DNA from: Alphaproteobacteria bacterium
GTDB taxonomy: Bacteria; Pseudomonadota; Alphaproteobacteria; UBA8317
Direction: 5' to 3'
NCBI GenBank assembly: GCA_038131935.1
Contig: JAYPQH010000018.1
Coordinates: 128,001 to 192,000, forward strand
Length of the DNA stretch: 64,000 bases
Each line of letters opens with the position of its first letter. Positions within the stretch are counted from its first letter, which is position 1. The notes under the pieces were generated by a model. The model searched no databases and had not been told where the DNA came from. It saw only the letters and a list, made by a program, of their open reading frames with translations. The position numbers and the translations under genes were made by a program. Positions 1-10,018 of this stretch are shown piece after piece.

Positions 1-937
1 CGCCAGGATGAAGGGGGGCAGAAAGGCCATCACGAACCATTTGCTCAGGCTTAAGATTGGCAAAAGCAGGGTGCAGAGCACGGAAATCATCAATATTCTG
101 CATCACGGACTTAGCCACAATATAGGCCACATCATCTGACACAGCCGTTGAGGTCACGAATGTGGCACCAACACCAAAGGTTGTTGTCTCCTGTGGATTG
201 CCTGCATACATCCCACCAGGAATGGTCGCTGTTCTGTAGAATGGGTTATCTGCCACAAGTTTATCGATTGGAGCTCCTGTTACAGAGACCAATTTCACGT
301 CACAGCTTGTGGTTGCTTCTTTGATCGCAGCAGCTGGGTGACCAACGGTGTAAATCATGGCATCAATATTATTGTCACAAATCTGCTTGGCCATTTCCGA
401 ACCTTTAAATTCAGCAGCCAATGCAAAATCGCCCATTTTCATACCAAAAGCTTCCATGACAACTTCCATGGTGGCACGTTGACCTGAGCCTGGGTTGCCA
501 ACATTCACGCGCTTGCCCTTGAGGCCTTCAAAACTGGTGATGCCACTGTCACCGCGCACCAGCAGCGTGAATGGCTCTGGATGAACAGAGAACATTGCCC
601 GCAATTCTGGGAAACGATTCCCTTGGAATTTTGACGTGCCATTGTAAGCGTGAAACTGCCAATCAGATTGGGCCACACCAAATTCCAACTCACCTGCTTT
701 GATCGTATTGATGTTGTAAACAGAGCCGCCTGTGGACTCTACCGCACAACGTACACCATGCTGTTTACGTTCACGGTTCACCAGACGACAGATGGCGCCA
801 CCTGTGGGATAATACACACCCGTCACACCACCGGTACCGATCGAGATAAAGGTTTGATCAGCTGCAGCAGCCACATCGGCAGTTGCCATGGCGCCTAAGA
901 TCGCCATAGCGCCTAAGAATTTTTTCTGTTGAAACAT
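1..937 (-). CDS. TAXI-family TRAP transporter solute-binding subunit (runs off the left edge)
   Basis: Hand translation from ATG 937: signal peptide, then [21 protein letters not shown]...[11 protein letters not shown]...GVAQSD...[11 protein letters not shown]...APLHPG. Not in the ORF track because the stop lies outside the window. Confidence 0.93.
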   Translation of the reverse strand, partial: MFQQKKFLGAMAILGAMATADVAAAADQTFISIGTGGVTGVYYPTGGAICRLVNRERKQHGVRCAVESTGGSVYNINTIKAGELEFGVAQSDWQFHAYNGTSKFQGNRFPELRAMFSVHPEPFTLLVRGDSGITSFEGLKGKRVNVGNPGSGQRATMEVVMEAFGMKMGDFALAAEFKGSEMAKQICDNNIDAMIYTVGHPAAAIKEATTSCDVKLVSVTGAPIDKLVADNPFYRTATIPGGMYAGNPQETTTFGVGATFVTSTAVSDDVAYIVAKSVMQNIDDFRALHPAFANLKPEQMVRDGLSAPLHPG

Positions 938-1012
938 ATCTTTCCCTCGCAAAATGATCGACGACACCAATGCCGTCAATTCCTTTCATAAACCAATAGT
1001 TAGACAATCTTG

Positions 1013-1867
1013 TCAACTTGGCCAGTATGCCGCGTATTGCTGCAATCTTTTCTCATGGGTGGCAATGCGCTGTGCAGCTTTGGGATCTTTCGATACCATA
1101 TCAGACAACAACAACTCAGCAGCCAAAAAAGCCGGTGTGAGTGTAGGCAGCAATTGCGGTCCAGAAATAGGCAGAACAAGGACATTGTTGCTCAAGGCCA
1201 CCATGGGCGCGTCGTGACGGTCGGTGAACAACAGAATGCGCGCCCCAACATCATGGGCTATTTTACATGACTGCATAATCTCTGCAGAGTAATGGGCATA
1301 ACTAATGGTGAACAAAATATCATTTTTATCCAATTTTGAGACTTGCTCCACCAAATCACCTGGCTCAGTAGGCACGTGCAGAAATTGAGGGAACGCCATG
1401 CGTCCCCCATAGGCAAAATAATGCACCAACGCGAAGCAACTGCGTACCCCCACACATAACACATGTTTTGCAGCCACAAGATGCTCAGCCATCTGGTCGA
1501 TGACCTGTATATTTTCTGCTGTGAACAATGCCGCTTCATTCCGCCTCATGGATGTTGCAACCAGCTGGGCCATGTTTTTGTCGCCATGGGCTTGTAAGGC
1601 CATGGCACGCTGGGCATAGCTTTGGGGCGCAGAGCGGACTTTTTCTTGGATAGCCTGACGAAAATGTCCAAACCCATCAAATCCCAACATGCGCGCAACG
1701 CGCATCACCACATTCGGATCACTTTGGGCGCGTTTGGCGAGTGCACGCATGGATAAAAACGCTACATCATCGAGATGGTTTTGAAGATAACATGCAAGAT
1801 GTGCCACCTTTGCAGGGCCGGTTTCCACCAACATCAAAAGTTTGGCCTGCCAATCTTCCTCACCCAT
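1013..1867 (-). CDS. MurR/RpiR family transcriptional regulator (HTH + SIS)
   Basis: N-terminal HTH (SMRALAKRAQSDPNVVMRVARMLGFDGF) plus SIS domain (VLCVGVRSCFALVHY, ISYAHYS, FTD). Confidence 0.92.
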   Translation of the reverse strand: MGEEDWQAKLLMLVETGPAKVAHLACYLQNHLDDVAFLSMRALAKRAQSDPNVVMRVARMLGFDGFGHFRQAIQEKVRSAPQSYAQRAMALQAHGDKNMAQLVATSMRRNEAALFTAENIQVIDQMAEHLVAAKHVLCVGVRSCFALVHYFAYGGRMAFPQFLHVPTEPGDLVEQVSKLDKNDILFTISYAHYSAEIMQSCKIAHDVGARILLFTDRHDAPMVALSNNVLVLPISGPQLLPTLTPAFLAAELLLSDMVSKDPKAAQRIATHEKRLQQYAAYWPS

Positions 1868-1924
1868 ATCATTCCCCTAGACTCTCATCCCACGACAACA
1901 AACAAAACCGTAACATGGTTTAAG

Positions 1925-1982
1925 ATAATTCACTTGAATTATTTTTTTGCCGAATTTACATATTATAATGCATTTGCATTAT
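1925..1982. promoter_or_regulatory. Twin palindromic operators ATAAT(T/G)CA-N2-TG(A/C)ATTAT, probable RpiR sites
   Basis: Perfect inverted repeats ATAATTCA-ct-TGAATTAT (1925-1942) and ATAATGCA-tt-TGCATTAT (1965-1982) in the divergent regulator/aminotransferase promoter region. Confidence 0.7.
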
Positions 1983-2057
1983 ATTTGTACAATACATCAC
2001 CCACCATAAAATGGTTGTCAAAAACTCGGTGGGAACAGCTTGAAAGAGGATGGCTCG

Positions 2058-3395
2058 ATGAATGCATCATCACATATTTTTGGTCGAGATTGTCATACCT
2101 CTCTACCAACCGTGGTCTCTGGCAATGGATGCTATCTCATTGACCAACACGGAAAACAATATCTTGATGCAAGTGGTGGCGCGGCTGTGTCCTGTCTGGG
2201 ACATCAGCATCCTCAGATGAAACGTGCTTTACATGAGCAACTTGATAAAATTGCCTTTGCCCATACTGGCTTCTTCACCTCAGAACCCGCAGAGCAATTG
2301 GCCCAAATGCTGCAAGAGAAAGCACCCGGCATGGATTGGGTCTATTTGGTTTCAGGCGGATCTGAAGCCGTCGAAGCGGCCTTAAAATTGGCACGGCAAT
2401 ATATGATTGAGATTGGCCAGCCACAACGTCATCATATTATTGCGCGACGGCAAAGCTACCATGGCAATACGCTTGGGGCTTTGTCCGCAGGCGGTAATAT
2501 GATGCGACGTGAGACCTATGCACCCATGTTGATGAAAGGTTCACATATCAGCCCTTGTTTTGCCTTTCGAGAACAGCAGCCCAATGAGACAGACCAAGCT
2601 TATGTAGCCAGGCTTGTCGATGAATTGGAACAAGAAATTCTCTTCGTCGGCCCAGAACATGTTCTTGCCTTTATTGCAGAGCCAGTTGTAGGCGCAACAG
2701 CTGGCGCCGTGCCAGCGCTACCAGGCTATTTTGCAGCTATGCGTGAAGTCTGTGATCGTTATGGCGTCTTGATGATTTTGGACGAGGTGATGTGCGGCAT
2801 GGGCCGCACCGGTTCACTTTTTGCCTATGAGCAAGAAAACATAACACCGGACATCGTGACCATCGCCAAGGGATTGGGTGCTGGCTACCAACCCTTAGGG
2901 GCCATGATCTGTACCGATGTCATCTACCAAGCCATCAAAAAAGGACAAGGCGCGTTTCAACATGGACATACCTATCTTGGGCATCCCATGGCTGCAGCTG
3001 CTGGGGTTGCCGTCTTGAATATTTTTGAGCAAGAAAATTTGGTGGAAGCTGTGCAACAGAAGTCCGGATTGCTTTTTACCCGCTTGCATCAAACCTTTGG
3101 ACAGCACCCACATGTTGGCGACATTCGGGGTAGAGGTTTATTTTTGGGCCTTGAACTGGTGGCAAGTCGTGACGACAATCAGCCCTTTTGCCCCACCCGA
3201 AAGCTTGCGAAAACCATCAAACAGATAGCCTTGCAGCATGGCCTGATTTGCTACCCTTCCTCAGGAACCATAGATGGCAGATATGGGGACCATATTCTCT
3301 TGGCACCGCCATTTGTTATCCAAGATGATCAACTTGATGAATTGGTCACCAAACTGCACAAAAGTCTGGATGAGGCGATTGCAAAGACCAGGTGA
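2058..3395 (+). CDS. Class III PLP-dependent aminotransferase
   Basis: YLDASGGAAVSCLGH, SGGSEAVEAALK, SYHGNT, LDEVMCGMGRTG, PDIVTIAKGLGAGY (PLP Lys), HGHTY; ATG 2058 follows GAGGA. Confidence 0.93.
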   Translation: MNASSHIFGRDCHTSLPTVVSGNGCYLIDQHGKQYLDASGGAAVSCLGHQHPQMKRALHEQLDKIAFAHTGFFTSEPAEQLAQMLQEKAPGMDWVYLVSGGSEAVEAALKLARQYMIEIGQPQRHHIIARRQSYHGNTLGALSAGGNMMRRETYAPMLMKGSHISPCFAFREQQPNETDQAYVARLVDELEQEILFVGPEHVLAFIAEPVVGATAGAVPALPGYFAAMREVCDRYGVLMILDEVMCGMGRTGSLFAYEQENITPDIVTIAKGLGAGYQPLGAMICTDVIYQAIKKGQGAFQHGHTYLGHPMAAAAGVAVLNIFEQENLVEAVQQKSGLLFTRLHQTFGQHPHVGDIRGRGLFLGLELVASRDDNQPFCPTRKLAKTIKQIALQHGLICYPSSGTIDGRYGDHILLAPPFVIQDDQLDELVTKLHKSLDEAIAKTR

Positions 3396-3572
3396 TTTTT
3401 CCGAGCACTCACTATAATACGCAAGGAATACCTATCTTGATGAGCGAGAGGTCATGATTGGTTAGCCAAAAACATACATGTATAAGAACCCTTATAGATG
3501 CTTTACCTTGTCCTTTAAGGCATCTGTTCCATCCTTTTTACCATAAATGAAATTTTTAAGAGGAATGATATC

Positions 3573-5159
3573 ATGAACCATGCTGCACTGGGATATCAAG
3601 GAGCCTTTTCGGCCCCTCATCAAGCCGCGGCCATGACGGGCACAACGATCCTTCGTGAAGGAGGAACGGCTATGGAGGCCATGGTCGCCGCCGCGGCAAC
3701 CATTGCTGTTGTCTACCCTCATATGAATGGTATTGGTGGAGATGGCTTTTGGCTGATCAAAAGACCAGGACATCCAGCTTTGGGTATTTCAGCTTGTGGC
3801 CATGCAGCCAGACTCGCCACAACCTCTTGGTATCATCAAAAGGGCCATGTCCAATCCATTCCAACCCGCGGCGCACAAGCCGCTTTGACAGTACCAGGAA
3901 CCATTGGTGGATGGGCTCAAGCGCTAGCCTTGTGCCCACAAGAACATAAAATTTCTTTGGAGCGACTTCTGGAAGATGCTGTTCACTACGCAGATCAGGG
4001 CATTGCTGTTACATTAAACCAGCATCTTTGCACATCTGACAAATTGGACGGATTGCGTGACGTTCCTGGCTTCGCAGAACATTTTCTAGACCAAACTGAT
4101 GCCCCTGCTTATGGTTACAAATTACGCCAACCAGCATTGGCCAATACCTTACGACAATTATCCCAAAATGGACTTCGTAGTTATTATGAAGGGGAATTGG
4201 CACGCATCCATTCCAACTTCTTAGAAAAACAAGGTAGTCCCTTGAGAATTGATGACTTCAACACCTACCAGGCTGAGAATGTCACCCCTCTTCATCTTTC
4301 ATCCTCTTGGGGCGATTTGTACAATATGCCCGCACCAACACAGGGTGTTTCCTCACTCATGATCTTAGGATTGTTTGATCGTTTGTCTGTCACCCATGGT
4401 GAGGGATTTGACCATCTGCATGGGCTGATCGAAGCAACCAAACAAGCCTTTATTTTGCGCAACAAAGGATTGGGGGACCCCAATAGCATGGAAAGCCCTG
4501 CACAATCTTGGCTTTCTGAGAGCCAGCTTGACCAATTGGCGCAGCAAATTCATCGAGAAAGGGCTCTTCCTTGGCCTTATGAACCGGCAAAAGGAGACAC
4601 CATTTGGATGGGAGCTGCGGACCGCTATGGAAACATGGTCAGCTTCATCCAGTCGGTATTTTGGGAATTTGGCTCTGGACTGACCTGCCCTGAAACAGGG
4701 GTGTTCTTCCAGAACAGAGGTGCAGGTTTTTCACTACAACCAGGCCCTAATCAGCTGGCACCTGGCAAACGTCCGTTTCACACCCTAAACCCTGCCCTTG
4801 CCCAACTTGAGGATGGCCGCATCATGGCCTACGGAACCATGGGGGGTGAAGGTCAGCCTCAAACCCAAGCGGCCTTGTTCACCCGCTATGCTCATTTCGG
4901 AACTGGTCTTCAAGAAGCCATTACAGCGCCCCGATGGCTTTTGGGCCGCACCTGGGGGAACAACACCACATCACTTAAAATTGAGGACCGTTTTCCTGAA
5001 GCATTGGTGGGTATGTTGCGCCAAGCAGGTCACGAAGTCGAATTGTTGCCAGAATATTCAGATTTAACAGGTCATGCAGGTGCAGTTGTCTCTCACCCGT
5101 CTGGCCTCTTGGAATCTGCGGTTGATCCTCGCGCAGATGGTTCAAGCCTCGCATTATAA
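3573..5159 (+). CDS. Gamma-glutamyltransferase family Ntn-hydrolase (HpxW/oxamate amidohydrolase-like)
   Basis: VVYPHMNGIGGDGFW, TVPG, autoprocessing site GDTIWMGAAD..SFIQSVFWEFGSG, PGKRPFHTLNP, GTMGGEGQPQ, DPRADG. Confidence 0.9.
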   Translation: MNHAALGYQGAFSAPHQAAAMTGTTILREGGTAMEAMVAAAATIAVVYPHMNGIGGDGFWLIKRPGHPALGISACGHAARLATTSWYHQKGHVQSIPTRGAQAALTVPGTIGGWAQALALCPQEHKISLERLLEDAVHYADQGIAVTLNQHLCTSDKLDGLRDVPGFAEHFLDQTDAPAYGYKLRQPALANTLRQLSQNGLRSYYEGELARIHSNFLEKQGSPLRIDDFNTYQAENVTPLHLSSSWGDLYNMPAPTQGVSSLMILGLFDRLSVTHGEGFDHLHGLIEATKQAFILRNKGLGDPNSMESPAQSWLSESQLDQLAQQIHRERALPWPYEPAKGDTIWMGAADRYGNMVSFIQSVFWEFGSGLTCPETGVFFQNRGAGFSLQPGPNQLAPGKRPFHTLNPALAQLEDGRIMAYGTMGGEGQPQTQAALFTRYAHFGTGLQEAITAPRWLLGRTWGNNTTSLKIEDRFPEALVGMLRQAGHEVELLPEYSDLTGHAGAVVSHPSGLLESAVDPRADGSSLAL

Positions 5160-5171
5160 ATTCATGAGGCA

Positions 5172-5300
5172 CTGACCAAACCCATCATCCGCTGGTGGAT
5201 TTTCAACGCAGAGACCAATGGCTTCAACACCTGCATGATCCGGATTGGCGGACGGGTGTTCATCGACATGACACAGCTCGAACGCTGGATCGAGACCTAG
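5172..5300 (+). pseudogene. 5'-truncated remnant of a small excisionase-like DNA-binding protein of integrative elements
   Basis: Reads LTKPIIRWWIFNAETNGFNTCMIRIGGRVFIDMTQLERWIET*; no start codon (follows directly after the GGT stop); family recognised from memory only. Confidence 0.55.
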
Positions 5301-5364
5301 AGAGTGGGCACCCTACCACCAGGTCCGAATGAGTGACCTACAAACAGAGCGGTAGATACTCTAA

Positions 5365-5465
5365 AGCCCCATTTATAGAACACACACTTGCCGTGTTAGC
5401 TTGAAACATGCTAGATTGATCTATTAATAATGCGTATGGGCATGTTATGCCCCGTTAATAAAACA
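5365..5465. promoter_or_regulatory. Three related 18-bp boxes upstream of hipB (putative autoregulatory operators)
   Basis: AGCCCCATTTATAGAACA (5365-5382), TGATCTATTAATAATGCG (5417-5434), TGCCCCGTTAATAAAACA (5448-5465); boxes 1 and 3 match at 14 of 17 core positions. Confidence 0.45.
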
Positions 5466-5477
5466 GGATTGATCAAC

Positions 5478-5816
5478 ATGGCAAAGCCAAACACCCGTCC
5501 CTACTCCCGATACGGGCTGGAAGCTGCCGAGCTGCTGGGGCTGTTGATTCACGACGCCCGCATTGAGCGTGGCCTCACGGTTGCAGAAGCTGCCGAACGG
5601 GCAGGCATATCGCGCGGGCTGGTGCACAGGATCGAAAATGGCGATATGGGGTGTTCCATCGGTGCTGTCTTCGAGCTTGCTGCCATCGTCGGCGTGCCGC
5701 TTTTTGAAGCAGAATCCTCCACCCTCACCCGCCACCTTGCAACGGCACGAAGCAAGCTGACCCTGCTGCCGAAAAAGGTGCGCAAAAGCACAAAGGCAGT
5801 GAAGGATGACTTCTAA
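5478..5816 (+). CDS. hipB: XRE/HTH antitoxin, HipB-like
   Basis: ARIERGLTVAEAAERAGISRGLVHRIENG HTH; ATG 5478 after AGGA; overlaps hipA start. Confidence 0.85.
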   Translation: MAKPNTRPYSRYGLEAAELLGLLIHDARIERGLTVAEAAERAGISRGLVHRIENGDMGCSIGAVFELAAIVGVPLFEAESSTLTRHLATARSKLTLLPKKVRKSTKAVKDDF

Positions 5817-7068
5817 ACCCCGCCATGATGAAGCCTATATTTGGATATGGCTGCCCGGAGCCACTGAGCCGGTGGTCGCTGGCCGCCTCGCCCGTGATGG
5901 TGAAAACCTGATCTTCAACTATGGCCGCAGCTACTTGGAGCTTGAAGGGGCTATCCCCCTCTATCTGCCGGAACTGCCCTTGCGTCCAGGTGCAATCCCT
6001 CCTGAGCCGGGCCTGAACATGGCAGGGTGCCTGCGTGACGGCGCACCAGACGCCTGGGGGCGGCGCGTGATCCTGAACAGAACCTTTGGCATCAAGGGCA
6101 AGGATGCAGATATCGGCGCGATTGACGAGCTGACCTATCTGTTGGAATCCGGCTCCGACCGTATCGGTGCGCTGGATTTCCAGCTGTCGCCCACGACATA
6201 TGTTCCCTGAGCGGCGCAGTCTGCCAGTCTGGAAGAATTGCTCACTGCTGCCGAAAAGGTCGAAAAAGGCATATCCCTCACCCCTGAGCTGGATCAGGCC
6301 CTGTTTCATGGGAGTTCGCTGGGCGGTGCACGGCCCAAGGCCATGATCGAGGATGGCGACAAGAAACTGATCGCCAAGTTTTCGTCATCTTCGGACACCT
6401 ACAATGTGGTGAAGGCGGAATTCATCGCCATGCGGCTCGCCGCCAAGGCCGGGCTCACCGTTGCGCCAGTGCGCCTGACCAATGTCGCCGGGAAGGACGT
6501 GTTGCTGGTTGAACGGTTCGACAGGATGCGTACCAATGATGGCTGGCAACGCAGGGCCATGGTCTCGGCGCTGACGATCTTCGGGCTTGATGAAATGATG
6601 GCCCGCTATGCCAGCTATACCGACCTGACCGAAATCATCCGGCATCGTTTCAGCCGGCCAAAGGATACGCTGCGCGAATTGTTCGGGCGGTTGGTGTTCA
6701 ATATCCTGTGCGGCAACACGGACGACCATGCACGCAACCATGCGGCCTTCTGGGAGGGCAAGGCGCTTACTTTAACGCCTGCCTATGATATCTGCCCGCA
6801 AAGCAGGGCAGGCAATGAGGCCAACCAGGCCATGCTGATTACCGACAACAATCGACGCAGTACGCTTGCGACCTGCATGGAGGCCGCTCCGAACTTCCTG
6901 CTCGACAACCAAACCGCAGCCGGAATTATTCAACAGATACAGGCAACCATGCGCACAGAGTGGGAAGCAATCTGCAATGAAGCGCGCCTCTCAGAGGTCG
7001 ACAGAAACCTCTTCTGGGGGCGGATATTCCTCAACCCCTACATTTTTGAGGGCTATGAGGGATTCTGA
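5806..7068 (+). pseudogene. hipA: HipA family Ser/Thr kinase toxin interrupted by one in-frame TGA (6208-6210)
   Basis: N-domain (FNYG, DGAPDAWGRRVI, GSDRIGALDF) and kinase domain (GSSLGGARPK, IAKF, VERFDR, GNTDDHARN, PAYDI) are in the same frame (6238-5806=432). Confidence 0.85.
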
Positions 7069-7141
7069 CACTGCGCTCAAGGATGTTGGACATCGTTGGC
7101 GGCGTCCGACCCTAAACGTGCCTCAATTAAGCCTGAAATGC

Positions 7142-7173
7142 AAAAACGCCCCACACTGGAGGGCGAGGCGTTT
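7142..7173 (-). terminator. Intrinsic terminator of the rRNA operon after tRNA-fMet
   Basis: Minus strand AAACGCCTCGC...GTGGGGCGTTTTT hairpin ending in a U-tract. Confidence 0.7.
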
Positions 7174-7200
7174 AAGTAATTTGTACTTGCATATGTATTT

Positions 7201-7277
<77 letters not shown>

Positions 7278-7318
7278 TCAAGCTGGTGGAAAGAAATGAA
7301 GTGCAAGAAATTTTGAAA

Positions 7319-7435
7319 ACCTGGCAGTGACCGACTCTCCCACGACTTAAGCCGCAGTACCATAGGCGTTCCAAGTCTTCACATTCGAGTTCGGAATGGG
7401 ATCGCGTGTTTCCCTTGGGCTATTGCCACCAGGTT
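7319..7435 (-). rRNA. rrf: 5S rRNA
   Basis: CCTGGTGGC...GATCCCATTCCGAACTCG...GGGAGAGTCGGTCACTGCCAGG. Confidence 0.96.
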
Positions 7436-7715
7436 ATCAAAATTTCGTGCATCGTTAATATGATTGCGAGAACCAGCGTCGTGACCGCTGGATATGGGTT
7501 GGCTTATGATCAAGCCGATCGAGTGATTAGTACTGCTAAGCTCCACATGTTACCATGCTTCCACACGCAGCCTATCAACGTGGTGGTCTCCCACGACTCT
7601 CAAGGGATATCTAGTTTTGTGGGGGGCTTCCCGCTTAGATGCCTTCAGCGGTTATCCCGTCCGTACATAGCTACCCGGCTGTGCCGCTGGCGCGACAACC
7701 GGTCCACCAGTGGTA

Positions 7716-7747
<32 letters not shown>

Positions 7748-7805
7748 CTCCACTCAAATATCCAACACCCACGGCAGATAGGGACCGAACTGTCTCACGA
7801 CGTTC

Positions 7806-7903
<98 letters not shown>

Positions 7904-7932
7904 AACCCCGTCGATATGAACTCTTGGGGGTC

Positions 7933-8006
<74 letters not shown>

Positions 8007-8310
8007 TGGCCGACTTTCGTCTCTGCTCGACTTGTCAGTCTTGCAGTCAGGCTGGCTTATGCCATTGCACTCATCGACCGATTTCTGACCGGTCTGAGCC
8101 AACCTTCGCGCGCCTCCGTTACACTTTGGGAGGCGACCGCCCCAGTCAAACTACCCACCATGCAGGGTCCCGGATCCGGATAACGGACCGCGGTTAGACA
8201 TCAAACAGCACAAGGGTGGTATTTCAAGGGTGGCTCCACCCGAGCTGGCGCCCGGGTTTCAAAGCCTACCACCTATCCTACACATGTCCTGCCTAATGCC
8301 ACTGCAAAGC

Positions 8311-8341
<31 letters not shown>

Positions 8342-8414
8342 GACCGCGGGTACCCCGCATCTTCACGGGGAGTTCAATTTCGCTGAGTCTGCATTGGAGA
8401 CAGTGGGGAAGTCG

Positions 8415-8505
<91 letters not shown>

Positions 8506-8522
8506 AATTCAATGCTCTCACA

Positions 8523-8553
<31 letters not shown>

Positions 8554-9090
8554 GTCAGACCCTATACGTCGCCTTGCCACTTCGCAGAGCCCTGTGTTTT
8601 TAGTAAACAGTCGCTACCCCCTGGTCTGTGCCCCCCTTCGAGCTCAGGGAGTTGCCGTCACCCTACTGGGGCCTCCTTCTCCCGAAGTTACGGAGGCATT
8701 TTGCCGAGTTCCTTCAATGCAGTTCTCTCAAGCGCCTTGGTATGCTCTACCAGTCCACCTGTGTTGGTTTCGGGTACGGTCTTAATGGAGGGCTATTTCC
8801 TGGAACAGCTTCAAGGCGCAACCAATCCAATAAGGTCACACCATATTCACTATTCGTCACATCCTCCAGGCTCAGGAATATTCACCTGATTCCCATCGAC
8901 TACGCATTTCTGCCTCGCCTTAGGGGCCGGCTAACCCTGCGCAGATTAGCTTTACGCAGGAACCCTTGGACTTTCGGCGAGAGTGTCTCTCACACTCTTT
9001 ATCGCTACTCATGTCAGCATTCTCACTTCCGATACCTCCAGGCAACCTCACAGTTACCCTTCATCGGCCTACGGAACGCTCCGCTACCGC

Positions 9091-9295
9091 TCAAAAACAG
9101 CAGCACAGATCTCTGTGCCCTGACATGCTGTGACGCGCCGGCGCCACAAATGAGGCCTTTTGTTCCTCAATTACAGAGATCTGTTCTCGCGTGGATCGTG
9201 AATCCACGCCATTTAGGTAATAGATTGTGCTTAGCACGAATCCAAGTAAGCCCAAATCAATGTGAAGACACAAAGATCTGCACTCCTGTTCTTGA
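9091..9295 (-). other. 23S rRNA intervening sequence in helix 45 (~205 nt)
   Basis: About 205 nt between conserved CGCTCCGCTACCGC and CCGTAGCTTCGGT, where E. coli has a short hairpin; closed by imperfect inverted repeat 9091-9117 / 9269-9295. Confidence 0.85.
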
Positions 9296-9384
9296 ACCCG
9301 TAGCTTCGGTGCACGGCTTGAGCCCCGTTACATTTTCGGCGCGGAGACCCTTAATTAGACCAGTGAGCTGTTACGCTTTCTTTA

Positions 9385-9415
<31 letters not shown>

Positions 9416-9970
9416 TTGTTTTGGGATCTCTACATCCTTTCCCACTTAGCCGTGACTTGGGGACCTTAGCTGACGGTCAGGGTTGTTTCCCTCTCCACGA
9501 CGGACGTTAGCACCCGCCGTGTGTCTGCCAGGCTGAACTCATCGGTATTCGGAGTTTGATTAGGCTCAGTAAGTCGTTGGGACCCCATCACCCATTCAGT
9601 GCTCTACCCCCGATGGTTATACCTGACGCGCTACCTAAATAGCTTTCGCGGAGAACCAGCTATCACCGAGTTTGATTGGCCTTTCACCCCTATCCACAAG
9701 TCATCCCCGTCTTTTTCAACAGACGTGGGTTCGGTCCTCCAGTGGGTGTTACCCCACCTTCAACCTGCTCATGGATAGATCACCCGGTTTCGGGTCTAAT
9801 ACATCGAACTAAATGCCCTATTCAGACTCGCTTTCGCTACGCCTACACCTAACGGCTTAAGCTCGCTCGATATACTAAGTCGCTGACCCATTATACAAAA
9901 GGTACGTGGTCACTTGCGCTCCCACTGTTTGTAAGCATCCGGTTTCATGGTCTCTTTCACTCCCCTCGTC

Positions 9971-10018
<48 letters not shown>

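Larger units (their letters stand above)
5172..7141. mobile_element. Decayed genomic islet 3' of tRNA-fMet carrying hipBA
   Basis: Visibly more G/C-ending codons than flanking genes, TA module, excisionase-like remnant, abuts tRNA 3' end; no integrase or att duplication found. Confidence 0.5.

Noticed and set aside
6208-6250. Selenocysteine decoding of the hipA TGA (CCAGTCTGG hairpin downstream)
   Set aside because: Codon is in a linker, not a Cys-equivalent site; the hairpin lacks a convincing SECIS loop
1-7200. att-site duplication of the tRNA-fMet 3' end
   Set aside because: Looked for by eye and not found within the window
9091-9273. 60-aa sense-strand ORF inside the helix-45 IVS
   Set aside because: TTG start inside the closing stem, no RBS, and no resemblance to the ~120-aa four-helix proteins encoded by some 23S IVSs
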